This document shows positions 1 through 13,988 of a stretch of DNA of 64,000 bases, piece after piece. Source of the DNA: Torpedo marmorata (taxonomy: Eukaryota); the NCBI GenBank assembly GCA_977017645.1, contig OZ360243.1:44206001-44270000 (forward strand), written 5' to 3'. The notes beneath the pieces are model-generated. The model saw nothing but the letters and a program-made list of their open reading frames with translations. It did not search any database and was not told the DNA's origin. The position numbers were made by a program, and so were the translations under genes. Position 1 is the stretch's first letter; each line of letters starts with the position of its first letter.

Positions 1-1351
1 ATAAGCAACCCAAGAAGAGTAGTGAGGGCTGTCTCAACGACTACCGCCCAGTAGCACTAACTTCTACTGTGATGAAATGCTTTGAGAGGCTGGTCATGGC
101 CAGAATTAACACATACCTAAGCAAAGATCTGGACCCACTGCAATTCGCCTATCGCCACAATCGCTCCACAGCAGATGCAATATCGCTGGCTCTCCACTCA
201 GCTCTGGATCACCTCGAAAACAGCAATTCATACATATGGCTGCTCTTCATCGACTACAGCTCGGCCTTCAATACCATTATTCCCTCAGTGCTGGTCAAGA
301 AGCTACAAACTCTAGGCCTCTGTACCCCACTCTGCAACTGGATCCTTGAAATTCTCATCGGAAGACCACAGTCAGTACGAATTGGAAACAACGTCTCCTC
401 CTCACTGATTATCAACACAGGCGCACCCCAAGGATGCGTGCTTAGTCCACTGCTCTACTCGTTATACACCCATGACTGTGTGGCCAGGCACAATTCCAAT
501 GCCATCTACAAGTTTGCCGATGACACCACAGTTGTCGGCAGAATCACAAACGGCAATGAGGAAGCGTACAGGAGGGAGATAGATCAGCTCGTTGAATGGT
601 GTAATGGCAACAACCTTGAGCTCAACGTCAGCAAAACCAAGGAAATGATTGTGGATTTCAGGAGGAACCAAGGGGAACACGACCCAGTCCTCATCAAGGG
701 CTCAGTCGTGGAGAGGGTCAAGAACTTCAAATTTCTGGGTGTCAATATCTCCAAGGATCTGTCCTGGAGCATCCACGTTGATGCAATCACAAAGAAGGCT
801 TGTCAGCGGCTATACTTTGTGAGGTGTCTGCGGAGATTCGGTATATCACCAAAGACTCTCGTAAACTTCTACAGGTGTACCGTGGAGAGCATTCTGGCTG
901 GTTGCATCACTGCCTGGTATGGAGGCGCCAACTCCCAGGACAAGAGTAAACACCAGAAGGTTGTTAACTCGGCCTGTGACATCACAGGCACCAAACTTCA
1001 CTCCATCGAGGACATCTACATGAGGCGGTGTCTTAAAAAAGCAGCCTCTATCCTCAAAGACCCCCACCACCCAAGCCATGCCCTCTTCACTCTGCTTCCA
1101 TCGGGAAAAAGGTACAGGAGCCTAAAGAAGAGCACTCAATGGCACAAGGACAGCTTCTTCCCCGCTGCCATCAGATTACTGAATAATCAATGAACCAAAG
1201 ACACTGCCTTACTTTTCGTGCACTATTGTTTATAATTTTTTATAGTAATGTCGTTAGATGGTTAATATGAATGTTAATTGCACTATGATGCTGCCGCAAA
1301 ACACCGAATTTCATGACTTGTTCATGACAATAAATTCTGATTCTGATTCTG
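1..1351 (+). mobile_element. Rex1/Babar-like non-LTR retrotransposon, 3' part (continues left of the window), inserted into a Gypsy pol gene
   Basis: The RT ORF at 69-1193 has PQGCVLSP and FADD motifs. The 3' UTR ends in AATAAA plus (TTCTGA)3 at about 1329-1351, followed directly by Gypsy RT sequence. Confidence 0.85.
69..1193 (+). CDS. Non-LTR reverse transcriptase and C-terminal domain (Rex1/Babar-like ORF, partial)
   Basis: 374-aa open frame with [32 protein letters not shown] and FKFLGV motifs. Confidence 0.9.
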   Translation: MMKCFERLVMARINTYLSKDLDPLQFAYRHNRSTADAISLALHSALDHLENSNSYIWLLFIDYSSAFNTIIPSVLVKKLQTLGLCTPLCNWILEILIGRPQSVRIGNNVSSSLIINTGAPQGCVLSPLLYSLYTHDCVARHNSNAIYKFADDTTVVGRITNGNEEAYRREIDQLVEWCNGNNLELNVSKTKEMIVDFRRNQGEHDPVLIKGSVVERVKNFKFLGVNISKDLSWSIHVDAITKKACQRLYFVRCLRRFGISPKTLVNFYRCTVESILAGCITAWYGGANSQDKSKHQKVVNSACDITGTKLHSIEDIYMRRCLKKAASILKDPHHPSHALFTLLPSGKRYRSLKKSTQWHKDSFFPAAIRLLNNQ

Positions 1352-3630
1352 AAATAGAACTGGATAAAGACTCAAAGAAATATGTGGCAATCAATACTCA
1401 CTTAGGGTTATTCACCTATACCCGAATGCCATATGGGATATCAGCAGCCCCGGCAATATTTCAAGCGACCATGGACAAATTATTACATGGCATTAATGTT
1501 GGATGTTACCTCGATGACATTATAATTACAGGCCAGCATGACTCTGAACACCTATCCAACCTAGAAAAAGTCCTAACTCGATTGCTACAAGCAAACATCC
1601 GTCTGCAGCGAGACAAGTGTGTATTTATGGTACCTTCCGTAACATATTTAGGCTTTACAATTAACAGTGAAGGAGTCCGAATGGACACCGTGGGTACCGA
1701 AGCTGTCCGCAGAGCACCCTATCCCACAAATCGCGCTGAATTGCAGTCGTTCCTGGGTTTGGTTAACCATTATAGAAAGCACATCCCAAATATGTCAACG
1801 CTATGCAGCCCGCTGAGCCAATTATTGAGAAAAGACCAAAAATGGTGCTGGAATGAAGAGACTAGTCACGTGGTGGATCGCTTGAAAGATCTATTAACGT
1901 AATGCGACAATGTTCTCATCCACTACAACCCAGAAAAAGAAGTGACTCTTGCGGTGGATGCTTCACCAGTAGGATTAGGAGTGGTGTTGTCACAGATAAC
2001 GGAAAAAGGAGAACAACCGGTGGCTTATGCCTCCCGGTCTTTGACGACTTGTGAACGTAATTATGCACAACTGGAAAAAGAAGGGCTGGCCATAATATTT
2101 GGTGTCAAACGATTCCACCAAAACTTAGATGGTAGAAAATTTTCCTTAGTAACAGACAACAATCCACTAAGTTTGATTCTAGGCCCTAAAAAAGGGATAC
2201 CAGTGCTAGCTGCAACAAGAATTCAAAGGTGGGCCATGATGCTCGCCGCATATAATTACGATTTGAAACATAAACCAGCAACACAAAACAACCATCCTGA
2301 TGCTCTGTCTCGTTTACCACTACCAGAAACTGAACAAAAAGACGAGATAATTAAATGGACGGCGGAGGCTACAGCTATTAATCAAGTACAACTTCACCGC
2401 TTACCAATTACAGCACATACGATCAGCCAAGAAGTACGAAAAGAAGCTACACTATCAAAAGTCCTATACTTCACATTAAATGGATGGCCCGAGGCCGAAG
2501 CTATCTCTGAAGAGCTAAAACCTTATTATACACGACGGCAAGATATATCGATTGAAGAAGGTTGTTTATTGTGGGGGACCAGAACAATCATCCTTACAAA
2601 ATGGCAGACGGCCATGTTATCCGAACTCCATAACAACCACCCCGGGATGGTTCAAATGAAGGCATTGGCATGTATGCATGTCTGGTGGCCCTCAATAGGA
2701 ATTGATATTGAACAAAGTAAGAAGATGTGGCATTTGTCAAGATATGCAACCAAAGCTCCTCGAGCCAAAGCTAATCCATGGAAATGGCTATCGCAACCAT
2801 GGCACAGAATTCACATTGATTTTGCTGGTCCATTTATGGGAGAAAACTTCCTCATTGTTGTCGATGCACACTCTAAATGGCCAGTGGTATCCCACATGAA
2901 AAAAACAACAACAGACCAGACAATTGAAAGACTACGAAGTATATTTGCGTTATATGGATTGCCTATTGAACTGGTTTCCGATAATGGTCCACAGTTCGTA
3001 TCGGATGCTTTTAAAGTATTCCTACGCAATAACAATATACGACATGTCTTATCTGCACCCTACCACCCCAGCACTAATGGAGAAACAGAACGTTTTGTGC
3101 AAACTTTCAAAAAAGCCATGAAAACTAAAAATCTCCTAAACGCATCATGGAATCACAAAATCGCAGATTTCCTATTAGGATATAGAAACACGCCCCACTC
3201 TACAACCAAAAGAACACTGGCTGAATTAATGTTTGGACGTAACTTAAGAACAAGACTTTCCACAGTAAACCCGAACATCGGCCTTCGCATAGAGCAATCC
3301 ACGTCTCCAAGTAAACCTACCAGATCTCTAGAAGTGGGAGAGCGAGTACTGGTACGGGATTACCGAGACACCAAAGAGCCATGGATAAGAGAGGTTATTC
3401 TTAAAAAACGAAGTCCCTGTTCTTATTCTATACTGGTGGGAACTAAAATATGGAAACGACACATCGACCAGTTGAGAGCAGTAGATGATCCTATGGCCAC
3501 GCCCTCGGCTCAAGATCCCGATGAGCTTCCAGATGAGATTCCCTGGGCTCCAGAAATATCCGTGAGAAGGGAGACCCCTTCTCAACAGAGCAGCCCTCAA
3601 CAGAGCAGTCCTACATTACGTCCTCTTTAA
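1352..3630 (+). pseudogene. Gypsy pol remnant (RT, RNase H, integrase)
   Basis: ORFs 1258-1902 (the part before 1352 is LINE 3' UTR) and 1942-3630. The integrase CGIC zinc-finger half is shifted into another frame (ORF 2702-2899). Confidence 0.85.
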
Positions 3631-3995
3631 CAACCCAGTCCTATACAACAGCCGAGTGGGGTTCGCCAAAGATCTAGTTCACAGTCCTTGCCACCAACCG
3701 AGGTACTACCCCAAAAGGCGAAGAGTCCGCAAAATATCCCGACAGAGTCGACCTCTCTGAGACGATCAAAACAGGAAAAACGTCCACCAGAACGACTGAA
3801 AGACTATGTTCAGTAACTTAACATTTTATCATTTCATACTTACGTTACATTGTAATTGTAATCACCATTAGTCTAGAGGCACCACGTATTACGTCGAAAT
3901 ACTACACACGCACATAGTTATCGCAGTTTATTATAAATACTGCACACATATATATATTTTTCACAAAGCATTTATTTTGTGGGGGGGGAAAAGAG

Positions 3996-4164
3996 TGTTA
4001 TGTATATATGCCTGCATGGGTATGATGTCATCACGCCCGACATGATGACGTCCTCACTCATATATACTGTGTGTGGCGGGAGAACCATTTTAGATTTGTA
4101 TTAAACGGTTAATGAAGCATCATGCCTTCGTCTGCAGTGTATTTCTAACATAGAATACATGACA
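3996..4164 (+). repeat. 3' LTR (169 bp) of the Gypsy element
   Basis: Starts TGTTATGTAT straight after the PPT and ends ATACATGACA, an imperfect inverted terminal repeat with TG...CA ends. Contains TATATA and ATTAAA. Confidence 0.8.
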
Positions 4165-6475
4165 GTATCGATAGAATTAGGACAAGCAAGTTGAGGGCTA
4201 TATATATATATTTTTTTACAAGAACTTTAGATCAAACATGACACAGCTACCCGAAACCTGGGCGCATGGGTTTATGTTTCAGATGATCGATGCTCTTGCC
4301 TTTGGACTGGGTAAGGATTTGAGCTTGGAAGGATCAGGGTCAGCATCTGGGAAGGGGGAAGGATCAATAGGAGAGGCAACAAATAACTAACTTAGGAGGG
4401 CCTGCCTAAGTCGGGTTCCCAGCACTAGGCTGCAAAGCAATCAGGGCTATTAAAATAATAAAACATCCTGAGAGCCCAATGACAGAACAACATGGTCTAA
4501 TTTCTCCCAGCAATGATCTTCACAAGAATTATGTCATCATGTACGTGTAGATATGAAAGCAGCTGATATGCAGAAGCACAACTTGCCACAGGAAGAGTTT
4601 CTGTGAAATTATGAAATTGCAAGATTTGATGCAAAAACCAGTTTAATTATATTCCATCGAGGAAGCACAATATTTATATGCTTCGTGTAGACAAAGGCCA
4701 CAAGATACCAACAAATTTCCTGGCATAAGCCATTTCTGAAAGAAGTTACAATATAAAGCAAGTCATTATGTTTTTCGTCTTGTAAAAATGCTTATTTTTA
4801 TGATAAACCCATTTTCAGTTGCAGAATGAAACTATACCAGATTTCCATTCTTTAAGAACATTAATCAATATCTTTAACGCAAAGAATAATTAAAAAGGAT
4901 TATGTTCTGTGTTGATTCAAAGCATGCTTCATATTTCTAATTTTGCAAATAAGTCTGGGTGGGAATTTGAACCCTCACGGCATATTAAAAAGGCATCAGT
5001 TCAAGTAGAATTTATATCCATTTTGACAATTGTGCTTATTATGGACTGCTCAATTTTTTTCGACAAATTTTACTGTGCGTATCTCTAAATTCAATTAAAA
5101 ACTAAAAATGTATCACAGTAAATTGCATTTGGATTGAAGGTAGAAAAAAATCACATGTCTATGTGAATAGGTTTTCATTTTAACAAAATTATATGGGTTA
5201 TGTTTCTGCTGAAAAGAGAGCAACTTTGGTTGAGGTGAAATGAAATGAAATGAAATATTAAAGCAAGGTGAGCAACAAAGACCTTGCATGGGTTTCCCAG
5301 GAAACCATTTCTGCATGGAGGAAAAGGTTCTCTATGAAGGAAAGAAATATGCCTCAGATATTTATAAAACTATTAATGAACCATTTGGGAAACATTTTGG
5401 TTTGTTTGCTAAATACTGGACTTTGTTTGCTGTGAACAAATAGGCTCATTTATTTTTTCATCAGCAAACAAAAGAATCTCATGTGAACAGAATATTAATT
5501 CCCACACCCTCTGCAACTGGATCCTTGACTTTCTCATCGGAAGACCACAGTCAGTACAAATTGGAAACAACGTCTCGTCCTCACTGATTATCAACACAGG
5601 CGCACCCTAAGGATGCGTGCTTAGTCCACTGTTCTACTCTTATACACCCATGACTGTGTGACCAGGCACAATTCCAATGCCATCTACAGGTTTGCCGATA
5701 ACACCACAGTTGTCGGCAGAATCACAAACGGCAATGAGGAAGCGTACAGGAGGGAGATAGATCAGCTCGTTAAATGGTGTAATGACAACAACCTTGCGCT
5801 CAACGTCGGCAAAACCAAGGAGATGATTGTGGACTTCAGGAGGAAGTCAGGGGAACACAACCCAGTCCTCATCGAGGGTTCAGTAGTGGAGAGGGTCAAG
5901 AACTTCAAATTCCTGGGTGTCAACATCTCCGAGGATCTGTCCTGGAGCCTCCACGTTGATGCAATCACAAAGAAGGCTCGTCAGCGGCTGTACTTTGTGA
6001 GGTGTCTGAGGAGATTCGGTATGTAACCAAAAACTCTCGTAAACTTCTACAGGTGTACCGTGGAGAGCATTCTGGCTGGTTGCATCACTGCCTGGTATGG
6101 AGGCGCTAACTCTCAGGACAAGAATGAACTCCAGAGGGTTGTTAACTCGGCCTGTGACATCACAGGCACCAGACTTCAATTCATCGAGGACATCTACACG
6201 AGACGGTGTCTTAAAAAAGCAGCCTCTGTCCTCAAAGACCCCCACCACCCAGGCCATGCCCTCTTCACTCTGCTACCATCGGGAAAAAGGTACAGGAGCC
6301 TAAAGACGAGCACTCAACGGCACAAGGACAGCTTCTTCCCAGCTGCCATCAGATTCCTGAATAATCAATGAACCAAAGACATTGCCTTACTTTTCGTGCA
6401 CTATTAATTATATTTTTTATAGTAATGTCGTAAGATGGTAATAATATCTCAGAAGATAAAGGGAAAAAGAAATAA

Positions 6476-7484
6476 ATGTATGGTGGAATGGAGAGACAAG
6501 CAGAAGAGATGGAGGGAGAGGAAAGAGATATAAGTGGAGGAGAAGAAACTCACCTGTTTCAAGGTAAACAAGAAATTTCAACTACCTTTATTCAAGCTAT
6601 AAATTACTTAACAGATCAAGTGTCTACAATGAATCAACGTATGGAACATGGATTTAAGGCTATGGATACCAATTTTACTGAATTTAAGGAAGAAATGAAA
6701 GACATTAAATACAATATGAAAAAGTGTGCAATTGCTGTAGATAAAGTAACATTGAAAGTCCAGAAAGTTGAAAACGAGGTTAAAGAATGTCGTGAACTGT
6801 AAAGATACAGTAGATAAAATGGAAAATTCATTTACAGGCTGGGAACAACAAAGAAATGAACTTTTACAAAAAATAGATACATTGGAGAATCAAAGCCGGA
6901 GAAATAATGTTAAAATTGTGGGATTGCCCGAAGATTATGAAGGGATAAACTCAACTGAATTTTTTCAAAATTGGATTCCAAAAATTTTGGGTTGTGAAAA
7001 CTTCCCTAATGGACTTGAATTAGATAGAGCTCACAGAGATAACAGAAGGAAACCATATCCTGGACAAATGCCACGCTCAGTGTTAATTAGATGCCTTCGT
7101 TACCAGGATAAAGAGATGATATTGAAATTAGCTGTTCAAAATGCAAGAAAGAAACAAGGTCCATTGATGATTAATAAAAACAGGGTGTTTTTTTATGCTG
7201 ATTTAAGTGCAGCAATAATTAAAAAACGCAAAGAGTTTAACCCAGCCAAAGCAATCTTTTGGAATAAGGGATATAAATTTTCATTTAGATATCCTGCGAT
7301 ATTGAAAGTACAATCTCGACACAATCAGTCTGTTTTTTTTGCTGATTATCAAGAAGCCTTGAAACATGATAATACACTTCCAAATATAAAGGAAGATCAA
7401 GATTTGTCTGGGCAATTTCAAGCTACTATACCTGTTCAGGACTTGTTACACTTAACAGAGAATCTCCAAACAGCTTCAGGATGA
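6476..7484 (+). pseudogene. L1 ORF1p (coiled coil, RRM, C-terminal domain), frameshifted near 6800
   Basis: LENQSRRNNVKIVGLPE, LDRAHR, FYADLS and FRYPA are typical L1 ORF1 motifs. Confidence 0.88.
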
Positions 7485-7837
7485 GATGAATTGGCCGAAT
7501 TGAGTAATGATCAAGTCAACAGAGATCTGGAAGATGTTAGATTTGGATGAAGAATCAATAACAAATGTTATGTAAAATCTGTTGGGGGGGGTGGACTTTT
7601 TTGTCTTCTCCGTTCCTAACCACACATCACCTTAGTGGCGAGGGCCACTTCCCGAACAACAGAGGGGGGTAGTATTGGTGTAAATATACCAGTATTATAT
7701 AGTGGGTTTTTTAGTCTTTTATTTTTTCTTTACTTCTTTTTTCTTTTTTTTTTCTTTTTAAGGAGATGTCAAATTTATTGCAAATGTGGAAGGGGAACCG
7801 GTTGGTCTGATGAGGGGAAAGTTATTAAATATTTGTA

Positions 7838-10800
7838 ATGGCGGATAGTAAATCAATAAATGTTGTATTAATATAAATGGGCTAAATAATCCGATTAAAC
7901 GGAAGAAAACTTTGGCATATATTAAAAAGTTAAAAGTTGATATAGCTTTTTTACAAGAGACACATTTGACAGATATAGAACATCAGAAGCTGAAAAGAGA
8001 ATGGGTTGGTCAAGTGGTTGCGTCTTCATTTAATTCTAAAGCAAAAGGAGTTGCTATATTAATTAATAAAAAGTTACCTTTCAAAATACAATCTGTGGTT
8101 TCAGATGTGTCAGGAAGATATGTTTTAATAAATTGTCAGATATATTCAGAAATGTGGACACTTATGAATATATATGTGCCAAATACGGAAGATGAACAAT
8201 TTATTCAAGATTGTTTTATGCATTTATCAGAAGCAAATGATAATATTTTAATCGGTGGGGATTTTAATTGTTGTTTCGATCCAATAATAGATAAAACATC
8301 GAAATCAACTATTAGAACTAAAACTGTGAAAAGAATTCTTTCTTTGATGAAAGATTTGAATTTAATTGATATTTGGAGGAAGTTGAATCCAAGAGAAAAC
8401 GATTATTCCTTTTATTCTTTTAGACATGATTCTTATTCTAGAATAGATATGTTTTTATTGTCATCACAATTAGAAGACAGAGTGACTCAAGCACAATATA
8501 AAGCAAGAATAATTTCTGATCACTCGCCTCTAATAATGTCATGTATAATTCCAGAAAAAGAAAAAAATATATATAGATGGAGATTAAATTCTTCTTTATT
8601 GAAAAGAACGGATTTTTGTAATTATATAAGAAGAGAAATTCAAGAATTTTTACAGATTGACTCTAATTCAATTGACAATAAATTTATTATTTGGGAAGCT
8701 CTAAAGGCTTATTTAAGAGGTCAAATAATAAGTTATTCAGCAAAAGTTAAAAAGGAATATGTTCAGGAATGAGATAATTTGGAGAAGGAGATCGAGTTTC
8801 TGGAGAAGGATTTGCAAAAGAAGAGATAAGAAGAAAAGAGGAGGAATTTAATCGAAAAAAAATTGTATTATAATACGTTACAAACATATAAAATGGAAAA
8901 ATTAATTGAAAGAACTAAGCAAAGATATTATGAATTGGGAGAAAGAGCGCATAAAGTGTTGGCGTGGCAATTAAAGAAAGAACAAACCTCAAGAACTATA
9001 AATGCCATAAAAAAGAATTCAAAGAAAATAACATATAAACCTTGAGAAATAAATGATTCCTTTATGGAATTTTATTTAAATTTATATAAATCCCAAACTG
9101 ATAAAGATGATTCTAAAATTAATGCATTTTTATCTAAAATTAAGTTACCTAGATTGAATATTCAAAATAAAGAACTTTTAGATTCAGCATTTACGATGAG
9201 AGAAGTTAATGATGTTCTCAGGTCTTTAACAAGTGGAAAATCTCCGGGGGAAGATGGTTTCCCACTAGAATTTTATAAGGAATTTAAGGATTTATTGATA
9301 CCTCCATATATGGAGGTGTTAAAACAAATAACGGAAACTCATTCTCTACCGGAAACATTTTCAAATGCAATAATAACAGTTATACCAAAAAAAAATAGAG
9401 ATTTGTTGAAAACAGAATCATATAGATCAATTTCATTGTTGAATGGGGATTATAAGATAATGGCAAAAATTTTAGCAAATAGAGTGGCTAAATATTTACC
9501 AGATTTAATTCATGTAGATCAAGCAGGTTTTATTAAGAATAGATATTCTTTTTTTAATTTTTAAAATATTTTATTTAAAATTTTTAAATCACACAGTACA
9601 CTGTATAAAATGCAAAATTATCAAAATACATGTGATACATTTTCTCCCTCCCACCCTCCCTCCCCTCCCTAACCCTCCCACCCCTACTAATCTAATAAAA
9701 TAGAAAAGAAAGAAAGAAAAAGATAAGGAGAATGTCAATCTTAAAAAAAGAAAAACAACTACTTTTCTTGTGGAAAATAGGTTCACCAGCCCGATATGAT
9801 ATCCAGAGAAGTTCAAATCCTTAAACCGACCATTTTTGTATATGGGCTCCATACTTTCAAAAAGAAATGATATTTATTACGTAAATTATAAGTAATTTTT
9901 TCAAGTGGTATACATGAACGAAGTTCTGCATGCCATCTTTCTAACCCTAAATCTACATCTGATTTCCATGTAATAGCAATGCATTTCTTAGAAATAGCTA
10001 AAGCAATTCGCAAAAATTCTATTTGATACATATTTAATTTCATTTTAGTACTAATTCTTTTAATATCTCCAAACAAAAATATCATAGGGTCCATTGGGAG
10101 TGTAATTCTTAATACTTTATCTAAAAACTTTTTAACTTTCAACCAAAAATCATATATCTTTGGACATAACCAAGTAGAATGTACAAAAGAACCTTCCTCT
10201 CTATTACATCTAAAACATAAGGCGGATAATGTCGGATTAATTTTCTTTAATTTTCTAGGTGTTAAATATAATTGATGGAAAAAATTATATTGCACTAGTC
10301 TATATCTGACATTAATAATCTTAGTCATACTTAATTTACATAATTCTTTCCAATGTTCTTCATCTATTGTTACATTCAAATCTGATTCCCATTTTAATCT
10401 TGATTTGTGAATTCCTACTTTAGGCATTTTTCTCTGTATTAATCTATACATTTGAGAAATAAATTTATTTACACCTCCATTAATAACTAATAATTCCAGT
10501 TCACTTTGTCTTGGTAAAGTCAAACTATAACCCAATCTTTCAACTAAAAATGCTCTGATTTGATAATAAGCAAAAAGTGTATTATCTAATACATTAAACT
10601 TTTCTTTCATTCTCTGAAAAGTAATAAATTTACCAGCTTCAAAACAATCATTTATTTTCTTAATTCCCTTTTGAAACCAAATTCTAAATAATTGATTATC
10701 AACAGTAAATGGAATAAGTTTATTTTGATATAAAGGCATACTTTGCGAAATTAACCCTTTCCCTCCTATCTCCCTATCTACTCTATTCCATATTTCTAAC

Positions 10801-13458
10801 AAATGTTTAAAAATAGGAGAATTTTTCCCTCTTGCTAATAGTAATTTGGAATTCCATTTATAAATAACTTCTTCTTTCAAATCTTCTCCTATATTATTTA
10901 ATTCTATTCTAATCCAAGCAGAAGATTTTCCTGAATCAAACATTTCATTAACAAATTTTAATTGAGCTGCTCTATAATAATTTTGAAAATTAGGAAGTTG
11001 TAAACCACCCATTTCATAATTCCAAGTTAGTTTCTCCATAGCTACTCTGGCCAACTTTCCTTTCCACAAAAACTTTCTAATAATTAAATTTAAATCTTTA
11101 AAAAATTTCTGAGGAATTTCATAGGGAATTGATTGAAAAAGATATTGAATTCTTGGGAAGACATTCATTTTAATACAATTTACCCTTCCTATTAAAGTTA
11201 TAGATAAATCCTTCCAACTTTCTAAATCTTTTTTAATTTTCATAAATAATGGTATATAATTTAATTTATATAAATTAACTAATTTGTATCGGTCTTTATT
11301 CCCAAATATTTAATTCCCTCCTTTGACCATTTAAATTGCGTGATTTCTTTACATTCACTATAATCCCCTTGTGTTAATGCCATAATTTCACTTTTAGAAT
11401 AGATATTCAAAAAATAATATAGCTAGGTTAATCAGTTTAATAAATGTGGCACAAAAGAAAGAGGAATTAGCATTAGTATTAACATTAGATGCTGAAAAGG
11501 CTTTTGATAGATTAGAGTGGAATTTAAAGTATTGGAAAAAATTGGTTTTGGAACTACATTTATTAATTGGATTAAAACTATATATAAAGAACCTTCCGCC
11601 AGAGTGGTGACAAATGGACAAATTTCTTCAAAATTTTTGTTGACTAGGTCGACTAGACAAGGATGTCCTTTGTCGCCAGCATTGTTTATTTTAGCAATAG
11701 AACCTTTAGCAGAATTAATTAGACAAGATATTAAGATTGTAGGTATTAAAGTTGGAAGAGAAAAGCATAAAATTAGTTTATTTTCAGATGATGTATTTAT
11801 TTATATGACAAAACCCATCACTTCTTTAATACAATTGAATGTCTTATTGAAAGAATACGGGGAGATATCTCGTTATAAGATTAATTCTGATAAAAGTGAA
11901 ATTATGGCATTGGCACAAGGGGATTATAGTAAATGTAAAGAAATTACACAATTTAAATGGTCAAAGGAAGGAATTAAATATTTGGGAATAAAGACTGATA
12001 CAAAATTAGTTAATTTATATAAATTAAATTATTTACCATTATTTATGAAAATTAAAAAAGATTTAGAAAGGTGGAAGGATTTACCTTTCAACTTTAATAG
12101 GAAGGGTAAATTGTATTAAAATGAATGTCTTTCCAAGAATTCAATATCTTTTTCAATCAATTCCTTATGAAATTCCTCAGAAATTCTTTAAAGATTTAAA
12201 TTTAATTATTAGGAAGTTTTTGTGGAAAGGAAAGTTAGCTAGAGTAGGTATGGAGAAATTAACTTGGAATTATGAAATGGGTGGTTTACAGCTTACTAAT
12301 TTTCAAAATTATTATAAAGCAGCTCAATTAAAATTTATTAATGAAATGTTTGATTCAGGAACATTTTCTGCTTGGATTAGAATAGAATTAAATAATATAG
12401 GAGAAGATTTGAAAGAAGAAGTTATCTATAAATGGAATTCTAACTTAGTATTAACAAGAGGGAAAAATTCTCCTATTTTTAAACATTTGTTAGAAATATG
12501 GAATAGAGTGGATAGGGAGAAAGGAGGGAAATGCCTTTATATCAAAATAAACTTATTTCATTTACTGTTGATAATCAATTATTTAAAATTTGGTTCCAAA
12601 AAGGGAATTAAGAAAATAACTGATTGTTTTGAAGCTAGTAAATTTATTACTTTTCAAAGAATGAAAGAAAAGTTTAATGTATTAAATAATACACTTTTTG
12701 CTTATTACAAAATCAAAGCATTTTTAGTTGAAAGGTTGGGTTATAGTTTGACTTTACCAAGACAAAGTGAACTGGAATTATTAGTTATGAATGGAGGTGT
12801 AAATAAATTTATTTCTCAAATGTATAGATTGTTACAGAGAAAAATGCCTAAAGTAGGAATTCATAAATCAAGATTAAAATAGGAATCAGATTTGAATGTA
12901 ACAATAGATGAAGAACATTGGAAAGAATTATGTAAACTAAGTATGACAAAGATTATTAATGTTAGATATAGACTAGTGCAATATAATTTTTTTCATCAAT
13001 TATATTTAACACCTAAAAAATTAAAGAAATTTAATCCGACATTATCCGGTTTATGTTTTAGATGTAATAGAGAGGAAGGTTCTTTTGTACATTCTACTTG
13101 GTTATGTCCAAAGATATATGATTTTTGGTTGAAAGTTAAAAAGTTTTTAGACAAAGTACTAAGAATTACACTCCCAATGGACCCTATGATATTTTTGTTT
13201 GGAGATATTAAAAGAATTAGTATTAAGATGAAATTAAATATGTATCAAATAAAATTTTTGCGAATTGCTTTAGCTGTTTCTAAGAAATGCATTGCTATTA
13301 CATGGAAATCTGATGTAGATTTAGGGTTAGATAGATGGCATGCAGAACTTCGTTCAGCTATACCACTTGAAAAAATTACTTATAATTTACGTAATAAATA
13401 TCATTTCTTTTTGAAAATATGGAGCCCACATATAAAAATGGTTGGTTTAAGGATTTGA
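7838..13458 (+). pseudogene. L1 ORF2p (APE endonuclease, RT, CCHC), broken by stops, frameshifts and a nested L1
   Basis: Motifs FLQETH, GGDFN, SRID, SDH, SPGEDG, TRQGCPLSP and CFRC...H...C across ORFs 7912-9564 and 11517-13458. Confidence 0.9.
9549..11395 (-). mobile_element. 5'-truncated L1 inserted antisense into the ORF2 of a closely related L1
   Basis: 13-bp TSD AGAATAGATATTC at 9536-9548 and 11396-11408. Poly-T at the left end. ORF 9813-11243 is nearly identical to the host ORF2 C-terminus. Confidence 0.93.
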
Positions 13459-13916
13459 AGATCTCTGGATATTAGATCTGACTGGTGAACCTATCTTCCA
13501 CAATAAAATTTGTTTATAGTTATTCTTTTTTAGATTGATATTCTCCTTATTTTATCTTTTTCTTTCTTTCTTTTCTATTTTAGTAGATTAGTAGGGGTAG
13601 GAGGGTTAAGGACGGGAGGGAGGGTGGGGGGGGGTGAAAATGTATCACATGTATTTTGATAACTTTGCATTTTATATAGTGTATTGTGTGATTTAAATTT
13701 TTTAAATAAAATATTTAAATTTTTTTAAAAAAAGATGGTAATAATATGAATGTTTGCACTATGATGCTTCCGCAAAACACCGAATTTCATGACTTGTTCA
13801 TAACAATAAATTCTGATTCTGAACATTCATACACTATAATTTAAAGCCTGTTAGATTCTGAATTGTTAAATACTGGAACACTAAATACAGGAATGGATGG
13901 TAGATTGTTGTCTTAC

Positions 13917-13988
13917 CATCTGAACAGTTCCAAACAGAACCAATGATTTGAATTAACTGCCGGGTTCAATAGGAACAGGAATGCACAA
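13917..13988 (-). other. Candidate 72-nt host exon (CAFLFLLNPAVNSNHWFCLELFR), gene unidentified
   Basis: Acceptor ctttatttacttctttag, donor gtaaga, one open frame, located in non-repeat DNA. Confidence 0.35.

Larger units (their letters stand above)
1352..4164 (+). mobile_element. Gypsy/Ty3 LTR retrotransposon, 3' half (RT-RNase H-integrase, PPT, 3' LTR), decayed
   Basis: RT motifs MPYG and YLDD; RNase H motif VDAS; integrase motifs HIDFAGP and VSDNG. Stop at 1900-1902 and a frameshift near 2720. Polypurine tract GGGGGGGGAAAAGAG at 3981-3995. Confidence 0.9.
6448..13731 (+). mobile_element. L1-clade LINE, near full length (ORF1, ORF2, 3' UTR), decayed
   Basis: 16-bp TSD AAGATGGTAATAATAT at 6432-6447 and 13732-13747. 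ORF1 and APE-RT-CCHC ORF2 are present, with a G-rich 3' UTR, AATAAA and A-rich tail. Confidence 0.95.
5503..13822 (+). mobile_element. Second Rex1/Babar-like LINE, 5'-truncated; its 3' UTR is split by an L1 (pieces 5503-6447 and 13748-13822)
   Basis: Close match to the copy at 1-1351, with in-frame stops. The 3' UTR resumes after the L1 and ends AATAAA TTCTGATTCTGA. Confidence 0.88.

Noticed and set aside
1258-1902. 214-aa ORF as a stand-alone gene
   Set aside because: It is a chance in-frame fusion of the LINE 3' UTR and tail with the interrupted Gypsy RT.
9549-11395. Twin-priming inversion or mis-assembly of the host L1
   Set aside because: It has its own poly-A tail and 13-bp TSD, differs in sequence from the host, and the host ORF2 resumes without loss.
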